Below are positions 1-9,231 of a DNA stretch of 64,000 nucleotides, piece by piece; position 1 is the stretch's first letter; the number at the start of each line of letters is the position of its first letter. Made by a program: the position numbers and the translations under genes. This DNA comes from an uncultured Actinomycetota bacterium (GTDB lineage: Bacteria > Actinomycetota > Acidimicrobiia > Spongiisociales > UBA5794), in the NCBI GenBank assembly GCA_963808015.1, contig CAWEEG010000057.1, positions 10,867 to 74,866 of the forward strand, written 5' to 3'. The notes under the pieces were generated by a model. The model saw only the letters and a list, made by a program, of their open reading frames with translations. It was not told the DNA's origin and did not search any database.

Positions 1-250
1 CTTCGAGCATCGGCGTCCAACCTTCGCCGAGCGTCACGGCGTCGCTGATGTCCACCGGAAGCACCTGCGAATAGCGCCACATCGAGGAGAAACTCGGATC
101 GATGACTGCGCCGGGCTCGCGACGCGGCAGCGACAGATCGACGCGCAGCGGCATGCCACATGAGGGGCACACGGTCGCGAGCTCGTCGGCAGGAACCCGA
201 TGGCCGCATCCGAAACAGGTCAGTCCTTGAACAGTCGAAGCGAGCGGCAT
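1..250 (-). CDS. thrC: Threonine synthase, N-terminal part (runs off window)
   Basis: Not in the ORF track. Manual translation MPLASTVQGLTCFGCGHRVPADELATVCPSCGMPLRVD...SMWRYSQVLP...VTLGEGWTPM has the Zn-ribbon and SMWRY/LGEGxTP motifs of ThrC. TACTGT -10 at 258-263. Confidence 0.85.
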   Translation of the reverse strand, partial: MPLASTVQGLTCFGCGHRVPADELATVCPSCGMPLRVDLSLPRREPGAVIDPSFSSMWRYSQVLPVDISDAVTLGEGWTPMLE

Positions 251-368
251 GGGGTGGACAGTACGGTCCGTCGACCATTCGAGCAACGAGCGGCGTGGAA
301 TCACAGCCGGCACCAACCGCCAGGCAGAAGCAAGACCGAAGCCGCACGGCACGCAACCACCACAGCGG

Positions 369-723
369 TGGAGGTGGGGGGAATCGAACCCCCGTCCCAT
401 GAGGTTTCAGCGTCGGCATCTCCGAGCGCAGCCGACAGCGAGCTTTCGGAACCCGGGAGACGCCGTCGGCCGTTTCTCCTGGGCCCTAGTTGGGATTGTC
501 TTACCCCACCGGTCCCAACATCCCGGTGGGGGCATCCTGCATTATTATGCCCGGATCCGGTGAGGCAGGCACCCTCCGGGCGGACACGCTGCGTTAATTA
601 GGCAGCGAGTGCGTAACTTTCGTTGTCGGCACTTATGGTTGTTCCCGGCTCTTTAACGAGGCTCCGGGGACCTCGGCTCGCTTCCGGCGCCTCAACCCTC
701 ACAGTCGAAACCATGTCACCCCC
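369..723 (-). ncRNA. ssrA: tmRNA; tag peptide (A)ADNESYALAA at 598-630
   Basis: 5' GGGGGTGACATGGTTTCGAC pairs with 3' CACCTCCA (G3-U wobble). T-arm GGGGGTTCGATTCCCCC. Internal reading frame ends YALAA-TAA. smpB is nearby. Confidence 0.97.
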
Positions 724-835
724 GCAAAGGGGAACACGCAAGGCGCGTTCAACACCCGAATCGTAGCGCAGCCTGTCGGAGAATCGCCCCCCTCAGTTTC
801 TCCGCTACCAACCGTCCACGGATAGCCTCCCTGGC

Positions 836-1689
836 ATGGACACCGACTCCCCCAGCACCGAACCTGAGGCGACCACACCGGCCGAACGAGGGCAGGAGAC
901 GATCGACGTCAATGCCCAGGAGCAGACCAAGCAGAGAGCGGGCGCTTCGCGGGCCTGCTGATCGCCATGGCGGTCGGCATCGCTGCGGTATTGGCCCTCC
1001 AGGTCTTCATGCTCATCTCCACGAGCCAGACCGACGAACAGATCGCAGCCCTCGACGAGCAAGTCGACGACGTGGCATTCGATGTTTCAGAGGTCCGACG
1101 GTCCGTGGTCGACGTCGACCGGAAGGTTGACGAACTCTCAGCAACGGTTCCGGTTGCCCCGGCGGCTTCGGGTGCTTCAGCCGCTGCGGTTCCCAACGTC
1201 CCGGAAGGAACGTTGCCGCCGTTCGAGCAGGGTCAGCCGGATGCCGCCGCCGGTGTAGTCCTTGGTGAAGTCGCCGGACCCGAGTACTACTCGGAAAGCG
1301 ACGTCACGGTCGATCCATCCGACGGAACCATCCGAGCCTGGATGGTCTGGGCCCACTGGTGCCCGTACTGTCAGCAGGAACTCCCCGGCCTCACCGAGTG
1401 GTACGCCGCAAACGCCGAGAACTACCCGAATGTGGAGCTTCTCAGCGTAACGACGTCAATCGATCCCACCCGCGGCAACCCCCTCGAGCCATACCTCGAC
1501 GAGCTACAGCTTTCGTTCCCCGCAATCGTGGATGTGGATCTCTCTCTCGCCGAGCAGTTCGGAGCGAGTGCGTTCCCATTCTGGGTATTCACCGACTCGG
1601 ACGGAACCACACTGTTGCGTGTCGCAGGACTCCTCGAGGTCGAGCAGGTCGCCGAGATCTTCGGCCAGCTCAACACACTTTCCACGTAG
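836..1689 (+). CDS. Membrane-anchored TlpA/ResA-like thiol-disulfide oxidoreductase
   Basis: TM helix, coiled coil, then WAHWCPYCQQE and AFPFWVF. Track ORF is 967..1689; probable true ATG at 836 (TAGCCT 7 nt upstream) with a 1-nt indel near 940-950. Confidence 0.8.
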
Positions 1690-1699
1690 GGCCCGAACG

Positions 1700-2260
1700 A
1701 TGCCTCGATCATCGTGGAACACCCGGTACCGGGAGCGGAAGGCCCCGATGGATCCCTCCGCATTCGTCCGAGTTGAGGTCGCGCCGCTGCTCCCCGCTGC
1801 CGGTCGCGCCCTCGATCTTGCCGGCGGGGCGGGTCGCCACGCCATCTGGCTCGCAGAACGCAAGTGGGACACAACAATGGTGGACACGTCGGAGGTAGCG
1901 ATCGCCATCGCCGAGAAGCGGGCCGCCGAGGCGAACGCCGACGTTTCCTTCGTACCCGCCGACCTGGCGGTCGATGAACTACCCGCAGGACCGTGGGATC
2001 TGGTGCTGATCGTGCACTATCTGCAGCGTGATCTGTTCCCGAACGTAATCGAGCACCTGGCCGACAACGGACTGCTCGCATTCTCGGTCGCAACGAAGCG
2101 CAATCTCGAGCGGCACGAGCGCCCCGGCCTCCCCTACGTGCTCGACGAACGTGAAGCCCCGTCGCTCGTCGACGGACTCGACATCATCCACTACGCGGAA
2201 GGATGGTCGATCGAAGACCGCCATGAGGCACGCCTGGTAGCGCGCCGACGAGCAGGCTGA
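1700..2260 (+). CDS. Class I SAM-dependent methyltransferase (TehB-like)
   Basis: WNTRY N-terminus, ALDLAGGAGRHAIWLA motif I, HYLQR. Confidence 0.85.
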   Translation: MPRSSWNTRYRERKAPMDPSAFVRVEVAPLLPAAGRALDLAGGAGRHAIWLAERKWDTTMVDTSEVAIAIAEKRAAEANADVSFVPADLAVDELPAGPWDLVLIVHYLQRDLFPNVIEHLADNGLLAFSVATKRNLERHERPGLPYVLDEREAPSLVDGLDIIHYAEGWSIEDRHEARLVARRRAG

Positions 2261-2275
2261 GCAACCGACTCCGAC

Positions 2276-2734
2276 CTATCGTCGATGGCTCTTGGCGCGG
2301 TCCATCTCGCGCTTCTGCTGGCGCTCCACGAGTTTCCTGCGCTTGTCATAGGTGTGGCGGCCTTTGGCCAGAGCGATCTCGATCTTTGCGAGCCCGTGGA
2401 CGAAGTAGATCTGTAGCGGGACAAGGGTGAGACCCTGTTCGTGGACCTTGCCGGTCAGCCGATCGATCTCGCGTCGGTGAATCAGCAGCTTCCGCTTCCG
2501 CTCGGGCTCGTGACCGCCTGACGTCGCATACGAGTACGGGGCGATGTGGGCGTTTTCGAGCCACAACTCGCCGTCCTGGAGCGTCGCATATGCGTCCTTG
2601 AGCTGCACCTGGCCGGCGCGCAGGCTCTTCACCTCGGAACCTCTCAGGACCATTCCTGCCTCGAACGTGTCGAGGATCTCGTAGTTGTGCCGGGCGCGCC
2701 GATTGGATGCGACGACTTTTCGACCTTCAGCCAT
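2276..2734 (-). CDS. smpB: SsrA-binding protein SmpB
   Basis: NRRARHNY, EAGMVLRGSEVKSLR, RKLLIHRREI, YDKR. Confidence 0.98.
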   Translation of the reverse strand: MAEGRKVVASNRRARHNYEILDTFEAGMVLRGSEVKSLRAGQVQLKDAYATLQDGELWLENAHIAPYSYATSGGHEPERKRKLLIHRREIDRLTGKVHEQGLTLVPLQIYFVHGLAKIEIALAKGRHTYDKRRKLVERQQKREMDRAKSHRR

Positions 2735-2772
2735 AGTGAAGGAAGCCTAGGGGCGTGTCGGAGAATGCACCC

Positions 2773-3969
2773 TCAGAGGTACTTGGCGGGATTCACGGGG
2801 TTGCCGTTGATACGGACCTCGAAGTGGAGGTGCGGCCCCGTAGACACACCGGTCGAACCGACGTAGCCGATGGTCTGGCCTCGTTTCACCGACTGCCCTG
2901 CCGAAACGGCGAACTTCGACTGATGGCCGTAGAGCGTCACCATGCCACCCCCGTGATCGACCATGATCGTGTTGCCGTAGCCGCCCTTGACGCCGGCGAA
3001 GATGACGGTTCCCGACGATGCGGAAACGATCGCTTGTCCGCTTCCGCCGTTCATATCGACACCATTGTGCATCAGCGAGTACCCATGGATCGGATGGATG
3101 CGGGGCCCGAACCCCGACGAGATCGCACCCGGCACCGGGCGGGCAAGCGTACCCGGTGCAGAGCCCAGGGCTTTGGCCTGCTGCGCGATGAGCTTCTTGA
3201 TCGACGCCTGTTCCTTCTCCAGGGACGAAATCTCACCCTCGATCTCCTCGATCTGGGCGTCATACTCCGCGAGCAGCGAACGCTGGTTGAGGTACTCGTC
3301 TTGGAGTGCGTCACTCGTGCGCTGCATTTCGTTCTGGAGACCGGCCAGGTGTTCTTCGGCCGCGTGAAGCGCAACGAGGTCAACCGACAGATCGGCTTCA
3401 TGACCCGCGATCTGATCGCTGGCTTCCTGCTCATCAACAAGCAGCGTCTCGAAACGCTCGACGGTCTCCGTGCCATCTGCGGTGATGCGATCGAGATAGA
3501 CGAGCCCGACGGCGATGTCCGTCCACACCTTTGCCGACAGGGCCACGGCCGGTACTCCCAAGCCGACGCTCATGTAGGTCTCAACGGCGTGATTGACGGC
3601 GTCATCGCGCGCGACTCCCAACTCCGATCTGGTCATCGCAAGCGATTGGTATTGCGTGTGGAGATCTGTTCTGACGTCTCGCAGAGAGCGTTCCTTCTGC
3701 ACGAGATCGGACTCCACAACCAGCAGCTCACCGCGCAGGGACGTCAGCGACGCAAGCACCTCGTCCATACGATCCTGTGTCTCCTGGATCTCGCGAGCAA
3801 GCGAGCTGCGGTTCGAGGCCACTGAGTCGATCTGGCCACTCAGCGACTCGATCCGTTTCCTGACGCTCTGCAGGTCCTCCCCGAGGTCGTCGGCGCCAAC
3901 AGCGGGAGCGATCGCGAACAGGAGAACCAGGGTCAGACCGGAAGCGAGGAGTCGGCGCGCGCGTGTCAC
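2773..3969 (-). CDS. Secreted coiled-coil M23 peptidase (EnvC/murein hydrolase activator-like), putative FtsEX partner
   Basis: Signal peptide from GTG 3969 overlapping the ftsX stop, long coiled coil, HNGVD and GPHLHFEVR M23 motifs. Confidence 0.88.
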   Translation of the reverse strand: MTRARRLLASGLTLVLLFAIAPAVGADDLGEDLQSVRKRIESLSGQIDSVASNRSSLAREIQETQDRMDEVLASLTSLRGELLVVESDLVQKERSLRDVRTDLHTQYQSLAMTRSELGVARDDAVNHAVETYMSVGLGVPAVALSAKVWTDIAVGLVYLDRITADGTETVERFETLLVDEQEASDQIAGHEADLSVDLVALHAAEEHLAGLQNEMQRTSDALQDEYLNQRSLLAEYDAQIEEIEGEISSLEKEQASIKKLIAQQAKALGSAPGTLARPVPGAISSGFGPRIHPIHGYSLMHNGVDMNGGSGQAIVSASSGTVIFAGVKGGYGNTIMVDHGGGMVTLYGHQSKFAVSAGQSVKRGQTIGYVGSTGVSTGPHLHFEVRINGNPVNPAKYL

Positions 3970-4853
3970 GTTCGCAGGTACTTGTGGACCGTGAGGCTCA
4001 GGCCACTGCCGATGAGACCGGCAAGCACCCCGAACAGCAGGACCAGCGCAGCCTGCGAGTAGAGGTAGTCGTGTTGAACGGCGACGTTGATCCAGTCGGG
4101 CAGGTCGGTCAGGCGATCGACTGCCAGTTGCTGGGCAACTACAACGAATCCGACGGCTAGGCCCGCCCCAATGAAGCCCTCGATCGCACCCTCGAGGAGG
4201 AACGGAACGCGAATGAACCAATTCGACGCGCCGACGAGTCTCATGATCTCAATCTCCTCGCGCCGCGCATAAATCGCCATGTGGATCGTGTTCGCGATCA
4301 GAGCGACCGCTGCCACCCCGAGGGCGAGTGCGAGCAACCAGAACATCACCTGAAGGCCATCTCTGAGGGAGATCATGGCGTCGATCGCCTGGCCTGCGGA
4401 TTGCACTCGCAACAGGCCGGGTGTTGCTTGGAGGCGGGTGACGATCGTCTGATAATCGTCGGGATTGACCGGTTTGATTCTGAGCGATGCAGGGACAATG
4501 TCGGGGCTGTCCTCGATGACCCGGAGGGTCGCCGGCTGGTTCGAGAGCAGTACGCGCGCCTCATCGAGCGCATCCGCCTTCGAGACGAAGTACACGCTCT
4601 CAACCTCTTCCCATGCCTCCATCTCGGCCTGCATGTCGGGAACCGACGTCAGCGCGTCGTCTTGCACGAATGCGATCACGCGTACGTCCTCGGCCCATTG
4701 CAGCGTGTTGATGCGAACGACCTCTCCGAACACGAGTGTTCCGAAGGTGAGCGTGAGTGAGATGAATACGGCGAGCACCGCTCCGAGCACCACCAGGCCG
4801 TTCCGGCCGATGTTGGTAATGGCTTCCCTCACGACATACGCGATGCGGCTCAT
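3966..4853 (-). CDS. ftsX: Cell division permease FtsX
   Basis: IANTIHMAIYARREEIEIMRLVGASNWFIRVPFLLEG; follows ftsE. Confidence 0.96.
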   Translation of the reverse strand: MSRIAYVVREAITNIGRNGLVVLGAVLAVFISLTLTFGTLVFGEVVRINTLQWAEDVRVIAFVQDDALTSVPDMQAEMEAWEEVESVYFVSKADALDEARVLLSNQPATLRVIEDSPDIVPASLRIKPVNPDDYQTIVTRLQATPGLLRVQSAGQAIDAMISLRDGLQVMFWLLALALGVAAVALIANTIHMAIYARREEIEIMRLVGASNWFIRVPFLLEGAIEGFIGAGLAVGFVVVAQQLAVDRLTDLPDWINVAVQHDYLYSQAALVLLFGVLAGLIGSGLSLTVHKYLRT

Positions 4854-5882
4854 TGCTGACCCTCTTCGCCAGAAAAGACCTCGTCCGCTGACAAGGCGTC
4901 ATCGTCAGAAGAGGCCTCATCGGCCGGCTCACCCTCTTCGTCAGAAAAGGCGTCGTCGTCAACTTCAACCTCGTCACCAGACGAGGCGTCGTCGCCAGAC
5001 GAGGCGTCGTCACCAGACGAGGCGTCATCGGCCGGCTCATCGGGTGGAATCTGATCATTGGCGGACGAGGCCGTGACCGTGAGCTCTTCTGATTCGACAG
5101 TCGTGGACGACTCGGCGTCGACGGTCGTGACGATCTCCACCGATTCGATCGCCTCTGCGCCGATCGTGACGTCGTCGGGCATCTCGGCTGGTTCTGAAAT
5201 GGCGGTTTCGTAAACCCCTCGGCTCTCGTCGCGGCAAGATGCGACCACGCTCGAGTTGAACCACCCGGCGTCGCATGGCGTCGACGATCGCGTGGTCGTG
5301 TGTCGCCATGACGACTGTGGTTCCCGTCCGGTTGATCCGGTCGAGGATCCTCATGATGCCGACCGATGTTGCGGGGTCGAGGTTCCCTGTCGGCTCGTCG
5401 GCAAGCAGGATGAGTGGACGATTAACAAAAGCGCGCGCAACCGATACACGCTGCTGCTCACCACCGGAGAGTCTGCGCGGCAGCCTGTCGGCCATCTCCG
5501 ATAGGCCAACGAGCTTAAGCACCTGCGGAACCTGGCCATCGATCGCCGAACGAGACTTCCCCGTCACTTCCATGGCGAACGCGACGTTCTCGTAGACGGT
5601 CTTGTTCGGCAGCAGCTTGAAGTCCTGGAAAACGGTGCCGATCGACCTGCGCAGGTGTGGGATCTTCCAGCCGGGGAGGACCGACGCGTGTTTGCCGGCG
5701 ATCCAGATGTCCCCGTTCGTCGGGCCTTCTTCGCGCATCATGAGACGGATGAGCGTCGACTTCCCGGACCCCGACGGGCCCACGAGGAACACGAACTCAC
5801 CTTTGTTGATGTCGAGATCGACATCTTTGAGGGCCACGACACCACCGTCGTAGACCTTCGTAACATTCTCGAGACGGATCAT
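4850..5882 (-). CDS. ftsE: Cell division ATP-binding protein FtsE with acidic C-terminal extension (1-nt indel near 5237)
   Basis: [28 protein letters not shown]. The conserved RDESRGVY end lies in ORF 4850..5248, whose stop overlaps the ftsX start. Confidence 0.92.
4972..5030 (-). repeat. 18-bp coding tandem repeat (DDASSG x3) in the FtsE tail
   Basis: (C)CAGACGAGGCGTCGTC unit repeated three times. Confidence 0.8.
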
Positions 5883-6051
5883 GAAATCCCTATCGCGGCT
5901 GCGTTGTCCTACCCCACCCGCCAGCGCGAAATCAGGTTACCCGCGACCCCCATATAGGTGGGGTATTGCCGAGCAGCGGCCGAGTGAGGCCAGGCACGCG
6001 AGGTACAGACACAGGTAGGAGTGACCGGACCTCCGACGGTGAATGTGACGG

Positions 6052-7159
6052 TTAGTCGGCCTGTTCTCTTCTCCACTGGAGATAGCTGTCGACCAAGGAG
6101 TCGAGGTCACCGTCGAGAACACCCGAGATGTTGCCGATCTCGTGGCCGGTTCGCAGGTCTTTGACCATCTGATACGGCTGGAGGACGTAGGAGCGGATCT
6201 GGCGGCCCCATCCGGCCTCGGTCTGGTCACCGCGGATCGCATCGACCTGTTCCTGCTGATCGGCGCGGGCCCGCTCGGCCAGGCGAGCCGCGAGCAGTTG
6301 CATCGCGCGCGCCCGGTTCTGCGTTTGAGAGCGCTCCGCCTGACAGCTCACCACCACACCCGTTGGAAGGTGAGTGAGGCGCACCGCCGAGTCGGTCTTG
6401 TTGATGTGCTGTCCACCAGCGCCCGAAGCCCGGTATGTGTCGACGCGGAGATCGTCCGGATTGATCTCCACCTCCTTGATGTCGACCTCAGGGATCACGT
6501 CTACGCCGGCGAACGCCGTGTGACGTCGGGCATTCGAGTCGAACGGGCTGATACGGACGAGCCGGTGGACTCCGCGCTCGCTCTCGAAGATCCCGTAGGC
6601 ATGGTCACCCTTGACCGTCAGCGTCGCAGACTTGATGCCGGCCTCGTCACCGACCATGTACTCGTCGACCTCGAACGAGAGGTCGGTGCGTTCGACGTAG
6701 CGAAGATACATGCGAAACAGCATGTCGGCCCAGTCTTGGGCATCGACACCACCTGCGCCGGCGTGTACCGACACGATTGCGGTCGAGTCGTCGTACTTGC
6801 CGAAGAAGAGCGTTTCTCTTTCGAGACGGCTGAGCGTGGTCTCGGTTGCTTGGAGCTCGGCAACCGCGTCGTCAAGACCGGAAGGATCGTCTTCTTCGAC
6901 CGCAAGTTCGATCAGGACCTCTGCATCGTCGAGAGCGGCTTCGAGTGTCGCCACCTGTTCGATCGTCCGCTCATGTCGGGAGAGGGTTCGCGTCACCTCG
7001 AGGGCACGATCTTGATCGTCCCACAGCCCCGGTTCGGAAGCTTGCGCCTTCAGCTCTACGAGGGCCGCCTCTTTTCCTGCGACGTCAAAGGAACCTCCTG
7101 GCATCGTCGAGCCGAGAGCGCAGTTCGTTGAGGAGGGATCGGAGGTCGTTCAGTTCCAT
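6052..7159 (-). CDS. prfB: Peptide chain release factor 2, programmed +1 frameshift
   Basis: SPF and GGQ motifs. Upstream frame MELNDLRSLLNELRSRLDDARRFL ends at AGGAGG TTC CTT TGA C. Confidence 0.97.
7084..7099 (-). promoter_or_regulatory. RF2 autoregulatory frameshift site (internal SD AGGAGG, 3 nt, CTT TGA C)
   Basis: Exact canonical motif read on the minus strand. Confidence 0.95.
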
Positions 7160-7185
7160 AGTTGTCAGAGCGTACCCGGTAGTGG

Positions 7186-9211
7186 TCACTGAACGTCTTC
7201 GGGACCGGCATCAGAGCCGGTGACGACCTTGAACCAATCGGGTCCGGACGTGCGGCCGGTCTGCAACGGTACCCCGGCTTCCGTGACGATCCTCCCTGTG
7301 TTCTCGTCCGCAAGATCTGTGCCCCGGTACTGCGGCGAAGCCGGAGCATCTTCAGCGTTCGATGCCTTGATTCGCTCGGCACGTTCAAGTTCGAGCGTGA
7401 CCAACTGCTGCTCGATCGCCTCGATCTGTTCATCGGTGATGGTTTCGAAGCCATAGGCCCCACGAACCATCCGAGCCATGTCGGCGCGATAGTCGTGTCC
7501 GAACGACCCGAAGTGCCCCGGCACGGTCACCATCGCGTTCATCGCGTCGATCGCCACCTGGAGAAATGTGCTGATCGGCGTGAAATCCATATCGTCCGGC
7601 ACGCCACGGCCCCGATCCTGCGCCCAGCCACTCCGGTTCCCGTACCACCACGTCTGGGGACATCACAGCGATCGGATCGTTGTCATGGCTCAGGACGGCC
7701 GCGCGTAGCCGGTGGCGCTCCTCAGCGGTCAACGCCTCGATCTGATCCGGATGGTCGAATACCCCGACGGATCCATCTGGCACGAGATTCGAACTCCCAG
7801 CGGCCATACCGTTGCGAGACCACTTGGCGAGCCCGGGGAGACCCACCCACAGTGCCTTGTCGATTCCGTAGTGATCGAAGCCCTCGATGCCCTGATACAT
7901 GACCACATCGGAACTCGCCCAGGCACCGAGGCTCTCGCCGAACACGAACACCTTCGGGCGCCGCTCGGGCGGACGTTCGGCGAGGCGTTGGCGCACACTC
8001 CATAACAGCGCGCGGAACTGGTGCCGTCCCAGTGCCACCTTCTGCACCGAAAGAAACGACGGGAATCGTCCGTATTGGATCACGCATGTCGCAATGTCGC
8101 CTTTGGCGAGGAACTCAGCACTTTCGATCATGGTCTGGTCGACCCATCCGGTTCCGGTCGGTGAGATCAGCAGGAGGTTCGAGCGATCGAACGCACCCGT
8201 CCGCTCGAGTTCAGCCATCGCCATCTCAGTGCGGCCCATCGAGTACATCGGTTCGGAGTTGTATCCGACGAACACCCGGATCGGAGTCTCCGCTGCCGGT
8301 TCGTCGAGGACTTCCTCGATCATGTCGGGTGAAACCACATCGGTGACGTAGCGGCGACCCTGCAAACCCAGGCGGGTGAACGGGGAGGTGCTGTCCTTGG
8401 AACCGGAGACCAGCGGCGAGATCGGCGGCATCGCGTATGAGGGTTCGACCTTCTCGTTGGCCCGACCGACGTAGCCGACACCAGCGTTGTAGAGCGAGAC
8501 GGTCGCCCCGACCCACATTGCGGCGTTCGCGAGCCCTGCTATGGCCCGCTTTGTGCGACCGGGACCGAGGTATCGAACGAGCGAGTTCCTCGATCCGACG
8601 TAGCCCTTCGCGAGTCCCGATCCGACCGCATAGGTGGCCCATCCGACACCAATCGCAGCCGGGAGTTCGTTCTTCTGTTCCACCGGCCACCGTTTGATGA
8701 CCCGCTTCCGCTCCTTCAGGTTCTTCCCTGCCAGCGCAACGAGCCCAGCGCTGATTGCGGCAGCGGAGACGATGGGTCTGACGACGCCACCGTTGCGGGT
8801 GGACGTGATCGTCGCCTCACCCGCTTCATGGACCGCTCCTGAGACAGCGACAGCGGCGACCACCTGTCCTGCGCTTCGCGCCCCTGATCGCCACAGCGAC
8901 TCCCCCTCCCGAACCGGAATCATCGCCAACCCGGCACCGGCCAGGCCGACACCCACGCGAATGGCGAGCCTCTTCGAAAGCCCCGCACCGGCAGGGGTGA
9001 TCGTCTGTGTGCCCCGTTCGACGACCCCGCCCAAGCTGCGAGCTGTGAGCCCTGCGAGTCCCATCATGATGCCCTGCTGCACCGAGCTTCTCGGCATAAG
9101 CGATGGTTCGAAGGACATTGCCATCGCGACACCCTCAAGAGGGCCCGCGGGAGACGACACCAGTGGGTTGATGTAGTCGGCGATTTGGACGACGGCTTTT
9201 CTGGCATCCAT
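7186..9211 (-). CDS. Membrane-bound alpha/beta-hydrolase (Abhydrolase_9-like), indel near 7610
   Basis: SFEPSLMPR, LGLQGRRYV, PTGTGWVD, FGESLGA, HDNDPI. C-terminus with FGHDY is in ORF 7186..7602. TAGGAT 7 nt before ATG 9211. Confidence 0.85.
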
Positions 9212-9231
9212 GGTCCGGATCCTACCGCCGG

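Noticed and set aside
160-601. Plus-strand ORFs at 160-601
   Set aside because: They are antisense to tmRNA and thrC; shadow ORFs.
5944-5965. ACCCCCATATAGGTGGGGT upstream of ftsE as an NrdR-like operator
   Set aside because: Single imperfect palindrome, poor match and implausible target gene.
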